Positions 60,006 to 64,000 of a stretch of DNA of 64,000 nucleotides are shown here, piece after piece. The notes under the pieces were generated by a model that saw only the letters and a program-made list of their open reading frames with translations, did not search any database and was not told where the DNA came from. The stretch is from Octopus sinensis. Taxonomy: Eukaryota. Position numbers and translations under genes: made by a program. Every line of letters starts with the position of its first letter. The stretch's first letter is position 1. Where the stretch lies: positions 408 to 64,407 of the forward strand of contig NW_021831832.1 in the NCBI RefSeq assembly GCF_006345805.1, in the 5' to 3' direction.

Positions 60006-61532
60006 ATTAAAAAAAAACAAAAATCAAAAAAAAAAAAAATCGGTGCATTTAAACAGAAATACACTGCATTTATTCTGTCACTTGCCATCAGAAATGCAGG
60101 AAGCCAGTGGTTGGCAACTTAAATGTAAGCATTACTGACTCCGTACTGTTTAACGTCCACCTTCCATGTTAGCATGGGTGGGGCACTTTCACAAGAGCCA
60201 GCCAGGCAGAAGCCAGCACCGGACTTCTGTGACTGTTTTGGCAGGATTTTTACAGCTGAATGCCCCTCCTAACACCAACCACTCATGGAAGCGTCATCCA
60301 ACCAAAGTACAAATATATGGGAAGTTACCACCTGTATCATCTCTTGTGAAAGGTAGAAGAGTCCAGTCTGCTGGACATTGTTGTAGAGCTGAAAACGAGG
60401 TAATTTCTACTCTTCTCCTCAGGAAGCCATCTGCTCGCAATACCAGAGGGCGCACACTCTCCTACCCTGATGTAATCTCCAGGGATACAGGCATCCAGCA
60501 ACAGGACCTCCATAATGCCATGATGGACCGTGAAGTCTGGCGTAGCATGGTAAATTCCATTGTCTCGACCACGGCAGAACAATGATGATTAACTGGTAAT
60601 GGAACAGTAACTGTGTATTGTTGTATATATCTTGGACCTTGCCACCTCATTGGTTTTTTTCCAAGAGTTTCACTTCTGGAACTCACAAACATACTTTCAG
60701 GCTTGTCAGTTGTCACATATGTGACATGGTGCCAAAGATCCCAACATCACCATCAAAATATAGGACCAGACACTGCAACAGCTTGGGTTTCAGAGGACCA
60801 CAGCTCTTCAATATCCTTCCTAAATGCCTGAGAGACCTTCACGGTGTGGATGTGGGTTTCTTTAAGACCGTGAGGTCTGGCGTAATATAGTAAATACCAT
60901 TGTCTCGACCACAGTCGAACAATGATGAGGATGCTTTTTATATAGCACAGGAAAGGTCAGTAGTGCTTTTTACGTGGCACAAGCACAGTCGAGAGGAGTG
61001 GTACTTTTTATGTGACACAGGCAAAAAACTTACAAAAATTAACTGAAACAGGAATATATCAACAACAATCCTTATGTATAGAGTTCAAAGTATTACAGTC
61101 AAGAAGAAAAAATACCTGTAACATGGATGATTTAACTTTAAAATCTGATAAATTTATCATTTTGTACTGAGATTCAGTTAACTGGCTTCCCTTAACCCTT
61201 TAGTATTTAAACCGGCCATTTCCGGCCCAAATATTCTACATGCTTTTATGTTCAGACTGGCCATATTCAGCCTCTAACACCTACCCTACAATGTCATTCT
61301 AAAAATGAGCAACCACATCATCAAAATCTTAAAGCTACAAGATAATGCATGATTACTTCAAAACAGTGGGAATCAAAAAGCATTAAATTTGATGGAGTAC
61401 TCTGAGTATTAAAGGGTTAAATAACATCCTCCTCACACATGGGGTTTCTTAAAATAATATAAAAATTATTTTCACTTCTTCATAATGGTGTAAACTTAAA
61501 TTTTCTGTAAATTTTCCAAAAACAAGTCTTAC

Positions 61533-61598
61533 CATATTGTCACACCTGAAATTGTATTTAGCTACGTCTTCTGGCTCGTCAATACCACAACAACTGTT
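61533..61598 (-). CDS. Tetraspanin B (inverted paralog), exon 5 (NSCCGIDEPEDVAKYNFRCDNM)
   Basis: Reverse-complement copy of 28203-28268 with intact AG/GT sites; one change, aag>gag (K>E). Confidence 0.88.
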
Positions 61599-62362
61599 CT
61601 GGAAAAAGAAAAAAAATCAAAGACTCAATCATACATTGATTATAAACGCCTATATTTTTATAGATTTTCCTCTATTCAGCTATGTCGTCTCATTGACCTA
61701 TCTCTGCATCTATCTATATGTATTTTTTTTTTTTATTTATCTAGTTTCAGCTCACAAGCTGTGGCCATGCTGGGGCACCACCATTAAAAAAGTCCTGGAG
61801 ATGTATGTATACATTCATGTATCTTTATCTCTCTATCTCTCCACACAACACACACACACACACACACACATATTTGTCAATCAAATTATTACATTATTCT
61901 AATAGGTCTAAAGATTTATTTCGTTTTGGGATTTGGTTTGCAAGGTTCTTTATATGAGTTCGTGTGTTGAAGCATATTCTATTGTGTCTGGGGAGAGTCA
62001 TTTTCTTTTTGTGCCTTATTATGTAACACACTCACCGGTAAAATTTCCAAAGAGTCAAAACTATTGAAAAGGTTGCAAGACGCAACGAAAATTTTAGGAA
62101 AATAAAAATCTAAAGATTTAGATGATGGTTTAAACTGTTGACTTTTTAAAATATTAATCCATTTTAAAGTGAATCAAGAAACATAACACATTGATGAATG
62201 TAAATGAGAAACCTGTTGTGAACTGTAAACTCCATCAGCCATTAATAACAGAATGTGATGGATTGTGCTAACAGAAGTGCTTTCAAAGCAGTCGTCAACA
62301 TCTAACTCTGGACAACTATTAACCTATTGATGTATTTTTATAGACATTTAAGTTTTAATATA

Positions 62363-63607
62363 CAGGGTGCTGTGAGTAAATTGTTGCCCTTTTATGCTTT
62401 TAATTTTAAGTATATGCATTGTTTGTTTTACATTTTGTCAGCTACACAGTATAGTTGGGTCAGTTGGGCACTGTCTGTAAAAAAGACATCACCATGATGT
62501 AATTCACTCAGCTAGAAATTTGGAAATGACAGGCTGTACTGCTTGGCATTTGTGCTGGAAGCTCCAATACAAACATTTCCAAGTGATTGGGTGTTGATCC
62601 GAGGACATATACCGAGAGTGATAAAAATCAAACGTCCAGTCAACATCATGGTGTTTGGAGTGATCACTAGTGATGGCAACGTTATGCATCCATTCATCTT
62701 CCCACACAGCCTCACACTCAACACGGAGGCTAACATCAGGTGTCTGGAGGAGGCAGTGCTGCCCTGGGTCAAGAGGGTGGCCGCTGGAAGACCTTATGTC
62801 TGGCAACAGGACTCTGCACCATGCCTTACAAGTAAGAGAACCAACTCATGGCTGTCATTTCTGCGACCACATAACCCCTAACATCTGGCCACCTAACTCC
62901 CCATACTGCAACCCCCTGCATTATTATGTGTGGGACACAGTTGAGTGAGAGACCAACAAAACTCCTTGTAACACCAAAGAGGAACTGATGGCAAGGATTA
63001 TGGCAGCACTGACCAACATAAACAAGGAGGCCATCCAGAAGAGTTGCAGGAGATTCCAAAGTCATCTGGAGGCCATGGTTGAAGCCAATGGCGATTTTAT
63101 TGAATAAATTTACTCTTTAGTATTTTAAGATATTTTTATGTAATTTTGGTAAATCTCTCTCTATATAAACGGCAGTTTGTCTGTGTGCGTGTCTGTTAGG
63201 TTGTACCCTCACCCTGACCACGGCTTTCAACCGATTCTGATGAAACTTGACACACACATAGCCCAATGTCATAATTCAAAGCTAACGCAGCGAAAATTTA
63301 GAAAAGTTCCCCCAGTTCTGAAAAAGATCGATAAATTCGACATGGGGTCGACAATCAGAAACACAAACCACAGATGGTCTAGGGGACGCAACTCGACCTT
63401 TTTAACTCTCAAAAAAAAAATTTACCATCATTGTTTCCCCATTTTTTTGCTATTTTTTGGCTATAACTCTCTAAAAATGCTTATATAGTTATTTCCCTTA
63501 CAAAGCCGAGCAACGCCGGGCGATACTGCTAGTATATCTTAAAATGAGATGTCAGTGTTATTTTCATTTTTGTGTAATTTAGATGACAGTTTATTCACCG
63601 CACCCTA
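62363..63607 (+). mobile_element. Same Tc1/mariner element, right-arm copy, interrupted by a Helitron-type insertion
   Basis: TA|cagggtg ... caccct(a)|TA termini; ORFs 62543-62881 and 62670-62948. Confidence 0.85.
63154..63532 (+). mobile_element. Non-autonomous Helitron-type element (379 bp), right arm only
   Basis: Inserted between A and T of the empty site ggtaaa|tatatctt seen in the left arm. 5' TC, 3' GC-rich hairpin plus CTAG, no TSD. Confidence 0.88.
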
Positions 63608-64000
63608 TAATGTACAAATGAACCACAAGGCCCGAAATTTTGAGGGAGCAGAGTCAGTTGGTTAGATTGACCCCAGTACACAACTGGTACTTTATTTATT
63701 GACCCCGAAAGGATGAAAGACAAAGTCAACCTCGGTGGAATTTGAGCTCAGAACATAGAGACAGACGAAATACTGCCAGGTGTGATAACCTTTCTGCACG
63801 CTCACTGCCCTAATGAACCACATATTGAAAAACATTCTCATTAATTTGAGTTAAATTCATAACATCATTAAGGCAGTATGTTCATTAAGGTTCCTAATTA
63901 GCATTAACCCTTTCATTACTGTATTTATTTTGAGATGCCCTGTGTTTCTTTCAATTAATTTTAAATATAACAAATAATTTAGTAAAATAACTTAGTTATC

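Larger units (their letters stand above)
44781..64000. repeat. Right arm of large inverted duplication
   Basis: Collinear reverse complement of 26192-41614, apart from the indels listed in the findings. Confidence 0.95.

Noticed and set aside
26192-64000. Inverted duplication as a simple sequencing fold-back chimera
   Set aside because: The arms differ by three transposon insertions, a 339-bp deletion, VNTR number and coding SNPs, and a unique spacer exists. A join of two haplotypes remains possible and is flagged in the findings.

Overview
This is eukaryotic, AT-rich, transposon-dense DNA. The repeat families (tRNA-derived SINEs, RTE LINEs with (GAT)n tails) look like octopus/coleoid repeats; that assignment is an inference. 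The only host gene is a 7-exon tetraspanin on the + strand (CDS 1007-34522, 227 aa, all GT-AG introns, all phase 0). Its intron 3 (21,052 bp) is about 99% filled by a ~20.7-kb hierarchical satellite (162 bp = 66+56+40). That satellite is an amplified internal minisatellite of an RTE 3' UTR and still ends in the RTE tail. From 26192 onward the window is a large inverted duplication: left arm <=26192-41614, right arm 44781->=64000, with a ~3.2-kb spacer of nested inverted repeats. The right arm carries a second, tail-to-tail tetraspanin copy (exons 5-7 visible on the - strand). The arms differ by arm-specific insertions (RTE, Helitron-type, composite SINE), a microhomology deletion and VNTR copy number. 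They also contain a near-identical ~5-kb tract, suggesting gene conversion. A 411-bp element with a tRNA-like Pol III head, an inverted tail copy and a Penelope-type minimal hammerhead motif sits in both arms. All coordinates and comparisons were read by eye; no alignments or database searches were run. An assembly or haplotype origin of the inverted duplication cannot be excluded without read data.
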